This document shows positions 38,515-54,398 of a DNA stretch of 64,000 nucleotides, one piece after another (position 1 is the stretch's first letter; each line of letters opens with the position of its first letter). The position numbers and the translations under genes are program-made. Origin of the DNA: Octopus vulgaris (Eukaryota); assembly GCA_951406725.2 (NCBI GenBank), contig OX597818.1, forward strand, positions 64,170,001-64,234,000, in the 5' to 3' direction. The notes under the pieces were generated by a model. It saw only the letters and a list, made by a program, of their open reading frames with translations. It ran no database searches and was not told the DNA's origin.

Positions 38515-38745
38515 TAATTTATTACCCACAAGAGGTCAACATAGAGGTGGGGAGATAAAACTAATGTAAGTTACGAATAATAGATGAAAACGAAAAATGC
38601 TATGAAGCCGTTCGGCCCCCAACTCCGATCGACTTCATGGAACCAGTTTGTACGACTTTAAACAGTTAAACTTCATCTTCCTGAAGAACGTCCATATTAT
38701 AATCAGCGCGAAGATCACAATAATCTTTCCACTTTGGTAATTCGC
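38515..38745 (-). mobile_element. 3' fragment of the same ORF1-like family
   Basis: cttcat.tt..tgaagaacgt..atatt..aatca.cg.gaagat...tccactttggta and the cccacaag.ggtcaa.atagagg tail are homologous to 37300-37472. Confidence 0.65.
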
Positions 38746-38775
38746 GGGTGTCTATATTCTTGACCCAGTATTCAT

Positions 38776-39170
38776 AGTCTATAGCTTAGTCGTTTATTCT
38801 CGACTTATTACACACATGTGAGTGAGAACACTTTGAGATATTTTTGGTATCTAACATATGTCAGATACTGCGAGCGCTGCTTCTGATTGGTCAATCCATG
38901 GTGATGACCCGAGGTCACGGTGACAGCGCTGCTTCTGATTGGTCAATTCATGGTGATGACCCGAGGTCACGGTGACGGCACTACTTTTGTCATTCATAAG
39001 TTACAACTAAACGTGAAGAATTTAGTTATTGGGTTAATAAAATATGGTCGTTTATTCGTGTGTAATAAATAAAATACCAAACTCATTCCCTATGGATACC
39101 GTATTTATTACAAGCCACTCGTTGTAATAAATACGGTATCCATAGGGAACTCGTTTAGTATTCTCTATAT
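38776..39170. mobile_element. Putative non-autonomous DNA element with an internal 52-bp tandem and a terminal 28-bp hairpin (class uncertain)
   Basis: 2 x 52 bp at 38873-38976, each with ctgattggtc. Perfect stem 39086-39113/39122-39149. gtcgtttattc occurs twice, and ttattacaca/tgtgtaataa are inverted. Confidence 0.45.
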
Positions 39171-39840
39171 ATGTTCTACGTTGCCCCCTCACAATGGTAT
39201 CGCCATGCTAATCCTCGCTATACGGAGGCATTTACTTTTATTATATCGTCCCATGTGTCTATCTCATCGTAGTTCGTTCCGTCATATTTGATAACGTATT
39301 TCTTCTCACGGCCAGTTTTGATGCTCCTTTGTGCATGTGTTTGCCTTTATGGTGGTGGTGTATGGAGTGCTGGTGTTTCTACGGTGAGGATGGGACAGAT
39401 AGGCTTGTGACCTGCCTAAAAACAAAGTTCAGCTAACCATTGCTTCGCTTAAGAAGCAATTTACGTATCCAACGATCTGACTGCTGCAATGTATCTGCCT
39501 ATCAATCTATAGCAGTGTTTCGTTTAGAAATCAGAACTATCCACTTAAATTCGTAGCTCCCTAATTTGCTGCTTAAAAACAATGTCTTTCATTACCTATA
39601 ACGTACCCTAATATTGTAGGCTAGATACCATAATGTAAACAATATATATTTTCAATTGATAAATCTACATCTGATTGGGTGAAAACCTCTTATATGTTTA
39701 ACTGAAATGCTTACTGTAATTTTGCATTTTCGGCGATTGATTTTTTTAATAGAAACAACGTACATATAAATTTCTAACTACATTTTCATACATATACACA
39801 TAAATACCTACATATATACACTTGCATATAAATGCATATA

Positions 39841-39950
<110 letters not shown>

Positions 39951-40101
39951 TATATAATGCATGAAAGTACTAGTTCAATCAGAATGAATATTTAACATTC
40001 TACTATTTCATTTATTTTATCCAATTATAATATATTATCTTATAATATATCATTATAAGATTATAAATATAAACGTGATAAATCAGACAAGGTTGGAATT
40101 C

Positions 40102-40155
<54 letters not shown>

Positions 40156-40938
40156 AATAACCAGGCAAATTGATAGGCAGGCTGGTGGATAGATTTCAAT
40201 TTTAGATTTTGTGTTAGAAGCTTACCTATAATGTGATATCACACACTTACTGATTTTGTTCTGTCAAACGTTTCCAGCAATGGTAATTTGTCCTGAGAAT
40301 ATCCCTTTAATGACGTGCAATTTTACATTAAAAAAAAGCATTGCATTCCTCAAAGCCAGGTGCAACGAATAACCACAAGTGAAAGATAATGATAGACATT
40401 GGTATCTCACACTTACTTTTCTTCACGATTACCGTGTACATCATTAATTCTGCTCTTCATTAATGATTATAATGTATACAAATTATTCACCTGCAAGACG
40501 GGTATCCATACTTATTGCAGTTTGAATACTGGTGAATATAACACTATGTTTGTATTGATTTTTCCTGTGACTGCATTTCCGAGAATAACAAATTAGTTTA
40601 GTGTTAAATAAACAGTTTTATCCAATTCTTTTTTCCAAAATGTCTGAATGATGCATCATAAGAAATGTCTCAACCATTTCTTTAATACTTACAGTTTATA
40701 CAAAATAAGTAGGGTCATTTCTCCAAGTGACAAATTGTAACAAGGTGTCTAGACAGATGTGAAACATTTTAATACACACTCATTTCAATTCGCTGACTAT
40801 TCATACATATATTTAATTATAAATATTTATGCTTCTACACAAGGAAATTGTCAGTAATAGCGAACAAGTCCAGGCTAAGGTGTTAAAACATTTCTTTTCG
40901 CATTGGTTTAACACACACTAAAGGTGTATAAGCTTTCA

Positions 40939-40996
<58 letters not shown>

Positions 40997-41002
40997 CATA
41001 TA

Positions 41003-41052
<50 letters not shown>

Positions 41053-41177
41053 TATACATAAGTACGCATATGTACGTACGCAATTTGTATATGTATAGAT
41101 ATATGAATTTATATGATATATACGATTTATATATTTACGCACATATATCGATATACATATATGTACATATATGTATA

Positions 41178-41220
<43 letters not shown>

Positions 41221-41361
41221 CGTGTGTATGTGTATGTGTGAGCGTGTAAATGTGCATACGCATAGAAGGGTACGGGAATGGCTGTGAAACTCAGGAGCGT
41301 GGCCTGTTCCCACATTTCTGGTTCAGACCCATTGCACGGCACATCGAACAAATATCTACTA

Positions 41362-41747
41362 TGGAAGCACTCCGTCAGTTACGACGACGAGGGTTCCGGT
41401 TCATCCGAATCAACGGAACAGCTTGCTCGTGTAATTAACGTGTAAGTGGCTGAGCACTCCACAGACACGTGTACCCTTAACGTAGTTCTCGGGGATATTC
41501 AGCGTGACACAGAGAGTGACAAGGCCGGCCCTTTGAAATACAGGTACAACAGAAACAGGAAGTAAAAGTGAGTGAAAGTTGTGGTGAAAGAGTACAGCAG
41601 GGATCACCACCATCCCCTGCCGGAGCGTCGTGGAGCTTTAAGGTGTTTTCGCTCAATAAACACTCACAACGCCCGGTGTGGGAATCGAAGCCGCGATCCT
41701 ATGACCGCGAGTCCGCTGCCCTTACCATTGGGCCATTGCGCCTCCAC
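41362..41747 (-). mobile_element. SINE family A, full length, nested in an old family B-like copy
   Basis: TSD atctacta (41354-41361, 41748-41755). The left flank ggttcagacccattgcacggcacatcgaacaa resembles the family B B-box/CORE region. Confidence 0.92.
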
Positions 41748-42380
41748 ATCTACTACAGACCCGACATGGCCACTGACTTTCCAGTGAATTGCATGAAAAG
41801 ATGTTGAGCGGAGACTATTCGTGCTTATCCCTTTTAACGTAGGAAACTGTAAGTGTCTATGAGATTTCGTGCGTGCTTACGTCAGTGGCACATCGTTCGT
41901 GTTTGTCACCACACTCAACAATCGTTGCTTTCTTGACACATCTGAACCTATTTGTTCGACAAATGAGACCCTTAAAAGAAGTAACAAGTGAAAATAATTA
42001 TATCGATGTGTTCATTGACTCGTTCAAGATATAAGAAGTTTGGTTTATATATATATATATAAAATATATATATGTATGTATGTATGTATGTATATGAAAT
42101 GCGAGCTTCGTATTCTGAGAAGTGGAATACAGTCTATCAGAATTTTTTAGGAAATGAAGGTTGAACACTCATCTTAAAATGTTACAATGTAGAGTGTGCC
42201 TTTAAGTAACTAAGCACGTAGATTATTGCACCGATAATTCTGTGTTACTCCAATTACGCATGGAATACCCAAGTACACGAAGCAGCATAATTGGATTATT
42301 ATAAACTAATGAAATATATGTAGGTACATACATACAACCATACATAAATATATATATATATATGTATGTGTGTGTATGTA

Positions 42381-42424
<44 letters not shown>

Positions 42425-43216
42425 TATATAAATACTTGGATACAAAATAAGGCCGGCGATGATATAATATATATATATATTATATACAGATTCATATTTT
42501 ATATATACAGATTCATATTTTCACTCAGACTCAAACACGCATACACATATATCTCTACGTATGAATGGAATTTCAAAAATTTCGTTGTGTAATACATACG
42601 TACAATTTATGCCAATATTACAAATCTTTCTAGTTCAAAAAACATAAGCCGTAATCCAATATGTATATATTAATATTCTGTTATTGCGATGCGTTACGTT
42701 TTATAGAAAATCTGTTGGAAATGAATAATATATTAATATATCATTGCTGGGAAAGTTTTATTGAATTGAAAAATGTAACAATTTAACTTACGATATTAAA
42801 TATATATTGCATTTTTTTAAACAACGTATTATAATCACTATGATGTTACGCAAAGCAATTTGTGTTTGCAATTCGGAATATTCCAATACAGACAATTTTA
42901 AAGTACTTTTTCTCTTCCCTCAGTATATATTTTCATAATTTCTTTCTTTATCTGAGTGTATATATGCATATATTAACCTATGCTTTAATAAAAATTCCAG
43001 CATATATTTTAATTCCTATTAAATTTTTGATTCATGAAGACACACGCATATATTTATGCGGTCATACTATTGATTTTATACAAACATATACTCACATATA
43101 CTCACTGAAACACACGCACAAACACACACATATAGGTATCCGTATTCATACGCACTTACAAATATATGTACAGAGACTCACACGCATGTATATGTGTGTG
43201 AATGCGCCTGCGTGTC

Positions 43217-43291
<75 letters not shown>

Positions 43292-43363
43292 ATGTTTGTA
43301 TATATATATATATACATATATATATATGTATATATATATATATATGTATATATATGTGTATAT

Positions 43364-43397
<34 letters not shown>

Positions 43398-44603
43398 GTA
43401 GGTATATATATATATATATATTTCTAATACACACATACCTATATGACAAGATATACGATATATTTTCGGTGGTAAATAATGTTCGGTCTGTATGTGTATC
43501 AGAATATTTATATTGTTGATTATTTCTCGGAAAATTTAATTATTCCTGTCTACTACAGTAATTTTGCAAGCATGTCACACTAACTACGCTATAAAGTTTC
43601 CAAATATTTAACCTCTCAGCATTTATATTTTTGTAATGCTCGATATAATTATCACAAGCTCTAAGCTATACGCTGTCTGTACAAAATATCAGAGCACATT
43701 TCTTTAACGGAATACAATCATCCTATGAGGTTAGTTGACAACATAAAGGAGTATAAATATCAGATGTGTAGCATGTCATAGTTTCAATACAGCTGCAGTT
43801 ATTCGTGAATTGGGACCAATAATTACTAAGATGGACTTTAAGACTTTCTATATACACACACATACACACACAGATATACGCATGCAGGTACACACAGTCA
43901 TAGAACGCAGAATAGAATAAAATTCAGCTCTAGCGAAATCTTACAGATAATGTTATAGTCTTCGGCTTTATTTTAAGAATTCATAGAACTGTCTACGTCT
44001 ACGAGAACAATTCTTGCTTTGCTTTGCTTATGACAAGAACGTAATGAAATGTTTCCTAGCAAAGACTACCTCATTCATACGTGTCTGGGTATATGTGCAT
44101 GCTTCTGTGTGTGTGTGTGTGTGTGTGTTTGTGTGTGTCTGTCTGTCAGTGCGTTTAGATTCAGACTATCAGCAATAAAATCTTTTAAGAAGACGATTCC
44201 AGTGCAAAATTCTTCGTTAATATATCATAGTTGTCATTGAAAATTATATGATGCAATCACAATCAATATGTCAGAAATATTAGCGATGTCACAATAGGTG
44301 CAGTAATCATGTCTCTCTAGATTCAGGATGCAGACAACCTGCATGTTATAAGATAACTGTCAACTTCTCCCATCAACTAACTGTTTCGAAATTATGAAAA
44401 AAAGTTTTGAAGTTTCATCTGCTAAAAGGAAGAAACGACTATTAGTTTGCTGATAAAGAGAAAATGCAGTCTCCACATTTAAACTAATAACAACAAAGTC
44501 AGAGACAGAATGACATAGAAGATCATAATTAGAATTAATTAAAAAAGGAGATATAGAAATTGTGAATTTTCAGTCAATGGATATAGTAAAAAACAGTGAA
44601 ATA

Positions 44604-44987
44604 TCTCTCTATATATAAACGGCAGTTTGTCTGTGCTTTTTCTGTGTGTCTGTTTTCTCGTACCCTCACTCTGACCACGGCTTTCAACCGATTCTGATGA
44701 AACTCGACACACACATAGCCCAATGTCATAATTCAAAACTAACGCAGCGAAAATTTTGAAAAGTTCCTCCAGTTCTGAAAAAAATCGATAAATTCGACAT
44801 GGGGTCGAGAATCAGAAACCCAAACCACAGACCGTCTAGGGGACGCAACTCCACCTTTTTTAACTCTCAAAAAAAATTTACCATCATTTTTTTTCCATTT
44901 TTTTGCTATTTTTTGGCTATAACTCTCTAAAAATGCTTTATAGTTATTTCCCTTACAAACCTGAGCAACGCCGGGCGATACTGCTAG
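44604..44987 (+). mobile_element. Non-autonomous Helitron
   Basis: A|TC 5' end (tctctctatatataaa), subterminal GC-rich hairpin cctgagcaacgccggg (44960-44975), 3' CTAG|T. Inserted between A and T with no TSD. Confidence 0.82.
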
Positions 44988-45231
44988 TATATATATATAT
45001 ATATATTTTTAATTAAAATATTTCGCTTCAGATAAATCAAAGGTAGTTTTCTTCAGCTGTTCATCTGTAAATGATTAGCGGAGCAAATCACGAATTGGAC
45101 AGAACTAATACTATGCATAGCGTATGTAACATTTAAATTAGCGCATCATATTTTATCACAGATCTATACCGGATGAACAGCATCTTGGTTCTTATCTCAT
45201 GAAAAGCTTTACAATAAGGTATTTATGATCT

Positions 45232-45611
45232 TGGCTTTCCGTCGGTTACGACGACGCGTGTCCCAGTTGATCCATTCAACTGAACAGTCTGCTCGTGAAA
45301 TTAGCTTGTGATTGGTTGAGCACTCCACAGACATGTGTACCCTTAACGTAGTTCTCGGGGAGACTCAGCGTGACACAGTGTGGGACAAAGCTGGCCCTTT
45401 GAAATACAGGTACAACAGAAACAGTTAGAAAGAGAGAGAGAAAGTTGTGGTGAAAGAATACAGCAGCGTTCGCCTCCTTCACCTGCCGAAGCCTTCTTCA
45501 GATTTAGGTGTTTTCGCTCAACAAACACTCACAACGCCCGGTCTGAGAATCGAAACCACGATCCTACGACCGAGAGTCCGCTGCTCTAACCACTGGGACA
45601 CTGCGCCTCCA
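45232..45611 (-). mobile_element. SINE family A, more diverged copy
   Basis: Colinear with the 41362 copy. Approximate TSD taa(g/t)gtatttat. Confidence 0.88.
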
Positions 45612-45827
45612 TAATGTATTTATATATGAAATCAAAAAACAATGATTTGCATTGAATACAGAGAAAATGTTTAATTGAAAAACAGTTACACTTTATCATC
45701 TGAGACAGCAAAACAACAATTCACCATGTTAGATCGAATTTAAATATTTAACACCCAAAATAGTTCTCACCACATGCGTAGCATGTTAAAATATTGCACT
45801 CTGGTGTTCATAGTGCATGTTGTTATT

Positions 45828-46350
45828 TGATTTGGTATTGATTCTTTTTTTCGAATCATATAAACGTTTCACACGAACTTAACTGTGCACTCTTCTTTCT
45901 TTCTTACTCTTGTACACATAATGTAGTTTACAAATGCGTAAACATCTGTAATATCATATGAAGCACCATCGACCAATCATTTTCTAGCAAATTCTACATA
46001 GTACCAATCACACTAACCGTGAGAACCTCCATTCAGCTATCACATATTTTATGTTGGCACATGAATTTGTGTTGTAAATAGTGAAAGGCAAGCGAACACC
46101 AAGCTACATATACAGGCGTAGGAGTGGCTGTGTGGGAAGTAGCTTGCTTACCAGCCACATGGTTCCAGGTTCAGTCCCACTGCGTGGCACCTTGGGCAAG
46201 TGCAATATACTATAGTCTCAGGCTGACCAAAGCCTTGTGAGTGGATTTGGTAGACGGAAACTGAAAAATGCCCGTCGTATATATGTGTATATATATATGT
46301 GTGTGTATATGTTTGTGTTTCTGTGTTTGTCACCCCAGCAACGCTTGCTG
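45828..46350. repeat. Dispersed duplication copy 2, including a 3'-truncated SINE B (46113-46350)
   Basis: Partner of 36599-37082. Confidence 0.93.
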
Positions 46351-46786
46351 GTGGGTCCTCGTATCTTATATATACATATATATATATATATATACATCAA
46401 TATATATATGTGTGTGTATGTGTATGCGTTTGCGTGTCGTGCCTGACTGTCGATCCCCATAAACATAAACCAACACACACAACCATTCACACACGCACAT
46501 ACACATACACACACTGACACACCCACAAACACACACACGTACAGAAGCGCACGCGCATTCCATATATATTTGTGCGAGCGCATGTCTCTATCTGTGTGTG
46601 TACATATCAGAGTGAACCGAATAACAGCTCACAAACTGGATACCGAAAATGCGTCAAAATGCCCAACACCGTGCATTAAATTAAGAGCAGAATATGGTAA
46701 CATTTTACATTTCCAAAGCTTAGAATTTTCCAGCGACTTCTCAAAAGATCGTTGAGCTCCTAAGTATGCAGTTGTTGCTGCGTCTT

Positions 46787-46940
46787 GTGGCTGTGTGGTA
46801 AGTAGCTTGCTAACCAACCACATGGTTCCGGGTTCAGTCCCACTGCGTGGCATCTTGGGCAACTGTCTTCTGCTATAGCCCCGGGCCGACCAATGCCTTG
46901 TGAGTGGATTTGGTAGACGGAAACTGAAAGAAGCCTGTCG

Positions 46941-47011
<71 letters not shown>

Positions 47012-47231
47012 CTGTGTCTGTGTTTGTCCCCCTAGCATTGCTTGACAACCGATGCTGGTGTGTTTACGTCCCCGTCAATTAGCGGTTCGGCAAAAGAGAC
47101 CGATAGAATAAGTACTGGGCTTATAAAGAATAAGTCCCGGGGTCGAGTTGCTCGACTAAAGGCGGTGCTCCAGCATGGCCGGAGTCAAATGACTGAAACA
47201 AGTAAAAGAGTAAAAGAGTAAAGAGTAAAAG
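46787..47231 (+). mobile_element. SINE family B, nearly full length
   Basis: Starts at the A box gtggctgtgtggtaag. Internal (TA)n(TG)n; tail gtaaaagagtaaaagagtaaagag. Confidence 0.92.
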
Positions 47232-47751
47232 GGTAACTCAGGATATTTCTATTTTAATTTGCATACCGAATGAAAACCCAGCTCTCCAAGAAACAGTAAT
47301 GATGTTCGGCTTTTTCCTCAATCAACCACCAAATCCAAACCAAATTGAGAGACATCAAAAAGAACAGAAATGCACACATTAACTCACAGCATGGCCACAA
47401 TCCCCCGCTGTTACACGTAAAAGTATATGCACGCGCGCATAAGTTTTGTGTTTGTGTCTGCGTGAGTACGTACGCCCGCACGTGTATGCATCTAGATACC
47501 TGGAGTGTCCACTCGAATGCCACATAATTAGCGATAGTTAAATCGTATAGAACGTATAATACTGATCAGATAGAAATCGCTGTTATATTGAAGAGACAGG
47601 TGCCAAGTGTGAATAATAATCCGGAATATTGTCTTTGTTATCGGAATTAAATCTGCACTCAAATATCGCCTAAAATGCATGCTGAAATATGTACACATGA
47701 ACATATGAAGATATAGAAAAAGGTATATGTGTACATATAAATATATATATA

Positions 47752-47827
<76 letters not shown>

Positions 47828-48021
47828 TAAAAAGAGTGAGTGAAAAAACGACAGAAGGCTTAAATGTTAAAAAATATATGTATTTGCGTCAATATGTCTG
47901 AAGAATATACGCAAATATATATATTTTTTAACTTTATAATGACATATCTACACAAATTTGACCAAACTCTTTACTACTTTTTATATATTCACCCACGTGT
48001 TTTCACAAAAAACAACTTTCG

Positions 48022-48086
<65 letters not shown>

Positions 48087-48168
48087 TATGTATATATATA
48101 TATACATATATATATGTTTAAATGTTTGTTGTGCAAGATTTTTTATGTGAAGTCGTGTGTTGAAACAG

Positions 48169-49023
<855 letters not shown>

Positions 49024-49566
49024 GAACATCTGGCGGTGCAGATGTGTGTCGTCGGGGGATAAATAGACACAGCTCGTTAAGATAACAGTTTTGCAATGAG
49101 TCTTCTCATTCCAGAAACGAACAGCGTGATGTGTTACGCAACCTGAAGAAAATGCTAGCCGTGCCCTACCTGCTCAGTTTATCTTAATATAAGGTCACCA
49201 TGTCGGGCACATATTTTTTTGCGACGCATGTGCCTGGTGTACTCTTATCAGACGGGTAGTCATGATGGGTATACTGGGCTTCGTATATTCTACCCCAGTG
49301 TCATTTTGATAGCATGCTCTCAGTCAATAACAATAATAATGATAAAAATAACAATTATAATAATGATACCAATTTTTGGACAAGATCTGCAACTTCGGAT
49401 GAGGGACATTTTCGTCGACAACAGTGCTCGACGTAAACTTATTCTGATCAACCCACACTGGATCAATGGAGACATCGACCTTTGTGGAGTTTGGACTTAG
49501 TGTGCATGGTGGTGCAAACGCGGCTAATGTTTTCGCCCAGCATTCAACTGATTCTGGCAGCTCATC

Positions 49567-49603
<37 letters not shown>

Positions 49604-50693
49604 TACATGTATGTGTATGTATATATATATCTTTGTGAGTTTGTGGGTGTGTGTACTGATACACGAATATATATATATACATATTTGTATTTGTGTATGT
49701 GTTTTATATATACATAGATATAATTATGAATGTATACGAACACGTTTACGTACATGTATGTAAACGTTCCTATTTATTAATAATGCATTTACTTTTACGA
49801 GTATTACAACATTTAATTTCATGTTACCAAAAGTCATTATTTTGTTTATCAAATATATGCTATTTTCATATCTATTTTACTCCATTGTAGCAACGTGCAT
49901 ATTTGAAAAAACATTTTACAGAAAAGAGACTTCGTAATAACAAAACATTATTTATCTATTATATTTCAGTAACTACCAGTGTTATTTACTGAAAACTGCT
50001 ATGCACCAAATTACGGTAATTTGCTTAATATGTGATAGTTTATAGGTGAGTTAAGAAATAATGTTGCTTTATTTGCAAATAAAATAAAAATATATTTCAT
50101 AATATATTCCCTGGAATAATAATATTATATTTTAATAGTTGTTTGCTCTCTAACATGACAAACAGATATTTTTTGTCCCTTATTCACTAAAATATTCTGT
50201 TTATGTGAGCAAATTTTAATAATAAATGTTGTTACAGCAACTTTTTGTGTGTTTCTGACAATAATTTGAACTTTGTATTATGCAATTTCAGTAATTACCG
50301 ATACTCAGCAGATGACATGCTATGAACTCACAAATGTGTGGAACTCAGAGTAGCAACGGTTAATAAGTATTATTAGCGTGCACTCTTTGCTTTATTCGAG
50401 TTCTCCAATACACTGACAAAGCGCACATTATTGTATAATGCACTATACATTCCACAAAAACGTGTCAACCCACAACAGTGGAATACTATTGGAGCAATTC
50501 ATCTATCTCTCTACATATTTTCGTTACTATGACTTCAATAATTAATCTGGCAAGGGCCGATCAGCGGCAACATTATTTAGCACTTGTATACGCGAACATA
50601 TTCTTCTAAGATTTTTTAAGAAAATACATGTCTATAAAAGGATGATTTAATATATCAATGTAATACAAATTATATATATATATATATATATAT

Positions 50694-50917
50694 ATTTCTT
50701 TACTACCCACAAGGGGCTAAACATAGAGGGGACAAACAAAGACAGACAAAGGGATTAAGTCGATTACATCGACCCCAGTGCGAAACTGGTACTTAATTTA
50801 TCGACCCCGAAAGGATGAAAGGCAAAGTCGACCTCGGCGGAATTTGAACTCAGAATGTAACGACAGACGAAATACGGCTACGCATTTCGCCCGGCATGCT
50901 AACGTTTCTGCCAGCTC
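50694..50917 (-). mobile_element. SINE family C monomer, followed by an older diverged copy at about 50960-51172
   Basis: Reverse complement of the family C consensus. Confidence 0.88.
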
Positions 50918-53044
50918 TAGGTTAGTAGATGACATCGTCATGGCATATTTCTCATATTTTACTGACCCCACTGTGATGAGATCACAAGGATTTCAACTCA
51001 TTATGTGGAGAGTTGGAGCAATTATATCGAATAAATTAATTATTTCATGGGCCCTGGAATGATAATAGGCAATGTTGACCTCTGTGGAATTTGAACTCAG
51101 AACATAAAGCCGGAAGTAAATGCCGGTGAGTATTTTGTCTGGATCAACAACGATTCTGCAGCTTGCTGCCGTAACACATGCTGCAGTGAAGCAAGAATAT
51201 ATATAATAGTTTTGGTGATTTAAGCTAGGTGTTGCCTATTTTTTCTGTAAGATAGTTAGAAACAGTTTAGTGTTTGAATAGTTCAAGTGTTAAGACCATA
51301 TCATTAATTCTAAGAAGTACGCGTTGTGTATAGTTGGTGTCGAATTAAATTTGGTCACATGGAATATTTTACCTGTGTGTGGTACCAGGATATCTACTTC
51401 CAAATTGTCTTCAATGAAAACTACTTCATAGAAACATCGTAGAAATCGGTCGGGGAAACTTTTTACTTATTGCCTCCGTGACATATTTGCTGACAGGTTT
51501 AAGACCAGCAGTTCATTGTTACATGACTTTAGTAGAGTCCATTTAGCTGGAAGCATGAGAAATAGCTATTTGATCGACGGACGAGTATCCCCTCCATTAT
51601 AGCAATGTTGGGCATACTGGAATGTGAAAACAATCATATCGTATTAACGGCACTATGAGATGAAAAATGCTGTAAAAGAAGACAAGGGAATAGTCTTTAA
51701 CTCATTTCTTTCCGTTTGTATCCTTTCACCCGATCTGAGTTAAAAGAAAACTGCTGCCTAAAACCTTATTATATTCTTTACATAACGTGTCTAGATCAAA
51801 CTGCGTTGATAATGCAGACTGGCGTTGTCACCTACAAACGGAAAGAAATTCAGATTATTGTGCAAGTATCGATGTTATTTTGCTGGAAAATGGCAGCACA
51901 CGACAAAGTGTGTAAAAAAAGGTGAGGGGAGAACAGTAATATTAAATTCCTTTATAGATTTTGCAATGAATTATTGGGTCCATAATAATGGGAATTACGT
52001 TACCCAAAGATATTAGGCAGTACATTATGAGCTTTATGAACCTGGTTACTTTTGAAAAGCGATTTTTAATATTCCTTCACGTCATTTTCGGCATTCAATT
52101 GCCGAAAATATCCATACCACCATAAGAATGTGTACGACTGGAAGTACTCGACACAAATATTTATGAATCTGCTATGTAATAGATGTTCCTTTTTCAAATG
52201 AGCTTGTTTTATTTTTGACATAAAGAAACATGAGACGAGATAGTGAATATCAATACCGTGCGAGGAACATGTCCGCAGAAATACATAACAGCACACACAC
52301 GCACACACACTTACATACGCATATATACGTATTTGCTTGTATATATTTCTATGTGTAAGTATGCATGAGTCTCTCTCTATGTGTGCTTATACACAGAGAA
52401 ACACAGACACCCATATACATATGAGAAGATCATTAATAGAATTTCTGAAAGACTCTCAAGATACCCACATGCGTATAAATGTACTTTCGCACAATGCAAT
52501 GGGGGCTAAATTTGAATAATTCGAAGCATCATTTACTTTAAGGTATGGATGAATTAAGTTTAGTTTAAACCGCCCCATTCCTATAAACACCCCATAGTTA
52601 TTTAACTCGGTTTGTGATCGTCACTGCACCATACCACTGGAGGGTATATCAACCGAAACGTTATCTTAACAAGAAAGATGGGGACAAATATCCGTCAAAT
52701 ATAAATAATGTAAATAATGTTCAGTGCAATACCTTGCAAAATACATTTTTCGAATATGAATAATAAATTATGTTCCCTAAGTGTTTTTGTTGTCAGTATC
52801 AGTTTCTTTATATTTCTGTTTATTAAACGTCATTTCCTCCTATTTATGTGCATGGTAGTTGTGGCATTTTCTTTCAGATTTGTTACAGATCTTTCCGTTT
52901 TGTAACAAGAAGTAGACGCAGATAGAATGATTATTCTCCTCTTAGGATCTAACATTATATCTTATATCCTTCTCTATTTTTCCGTATGTTGAATGGGAAT
53001 ACAGACTTATCTTCTTTCTATACGTATCTCTCACGCGCTCCCCA

Positions 53045-53091
<47 letters not shown>

Positions 53092-53551
53092 ATATATATA
53101 TATATATATATAATATATATAGCTAAAGAAGTTCATAGTATAATCGTTCATACCTTTGGTAACGTTTTTCCTTATTAACCTAAACGTTTTGTTCTAAAAC
53201 ATAACAATATTAAGATCTATACCAGGCTAGACTCGTAAATATGAAGACGAATATATATGTGTGTGTGTGTCTGTATGTGCATGTGAGTGTGTGTGTGAGC
53301 GTTTGTGTGTGTATAGATAGAGATATAAATAGAAAGACAGATAGGGAGAGCGAGAGAGGGAGAGAGACGGCTTCACGCTTTTTAAGAGCAGCTGTTCTCA
53401 ATTGCTTTTTTGTTAATGGTGACAACATTTAATATATTACAAATATATCAATATATTATGAATTTATCGTGTAGGTCTTCGATAAACATATATATATATA
53501 TATATATATTTATCGACAAGGATAGATGTGAGTGTAATTACATGTATACAT

Positions 53552-53595
<44 letters not shown>

Positions 53596-53684
53596 TCTAT
53601 ATTTTTTAAACGTATATATGTATATATAATATATGATATAATATAATATAATCCATAGGTGTATCGCGATATATCTGCATGTAG

Positions 53685-53745
<61 letters not shown>

Positions 53746-54398
53746 GGTATGTATAAAGAAATGCAAAATATGGGACAGGAACAGAAAACATCCATACAGC
53801 TAGATGATACAAAAAAGGGACAAGAAAAATCACGGATGGGTCATTCGAAGATTTCTTTTCCCAGTCGAGTCCAGATTTAACAGCAAAACCCGTCGTTGAT
53901 CGGGTAATTACTTTGCTGTTTATGTTTGCATTTTTAGAAGAGAAAACTTTGTAATAATTGAAGTAGATGAACGATCAATATCGTACATGGACTTGTGTTT
54001 GTTTGTCATATGACAATAATAAGTAAGTTGTTTGTGTTATTTTATTTACGTAGCGTTCCATTGATGTTCAATTTCAGATGCACGTAGAGTTTTCTTTCTC
54101 TGTCGCCGATCTGCAAGCCGTGCGCGTGTCTCATCTATGTTTCCTGATGCACATCATGCGTTTGTTTGATTTTCGCTTTGTGTCGGTCTTTTTTTTATGA
54201 AACGTTTTCTTGATAATAAATATCTGTAAGTAATACGGAAATGCAATTCGGACGCTATGTTAAAGTAATGCAAGGAAAATAGGTGTATCATATAGAAGAA
54301 CAGCTAAAGGGTATGAGAAATGTTATTGGTAATGCATATCAGTACGTTGTAGTGAAGTGAAAGTACGAACGAGGTTTGAGTGTCAGTAAATAATAGAG

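Noticed and set aside
44693-44705. CTGATGAAAC inside the Helitron
   Set aside because: No stem II between CTGATGA and GAAA; it is ordinary Helitron internal sequence.
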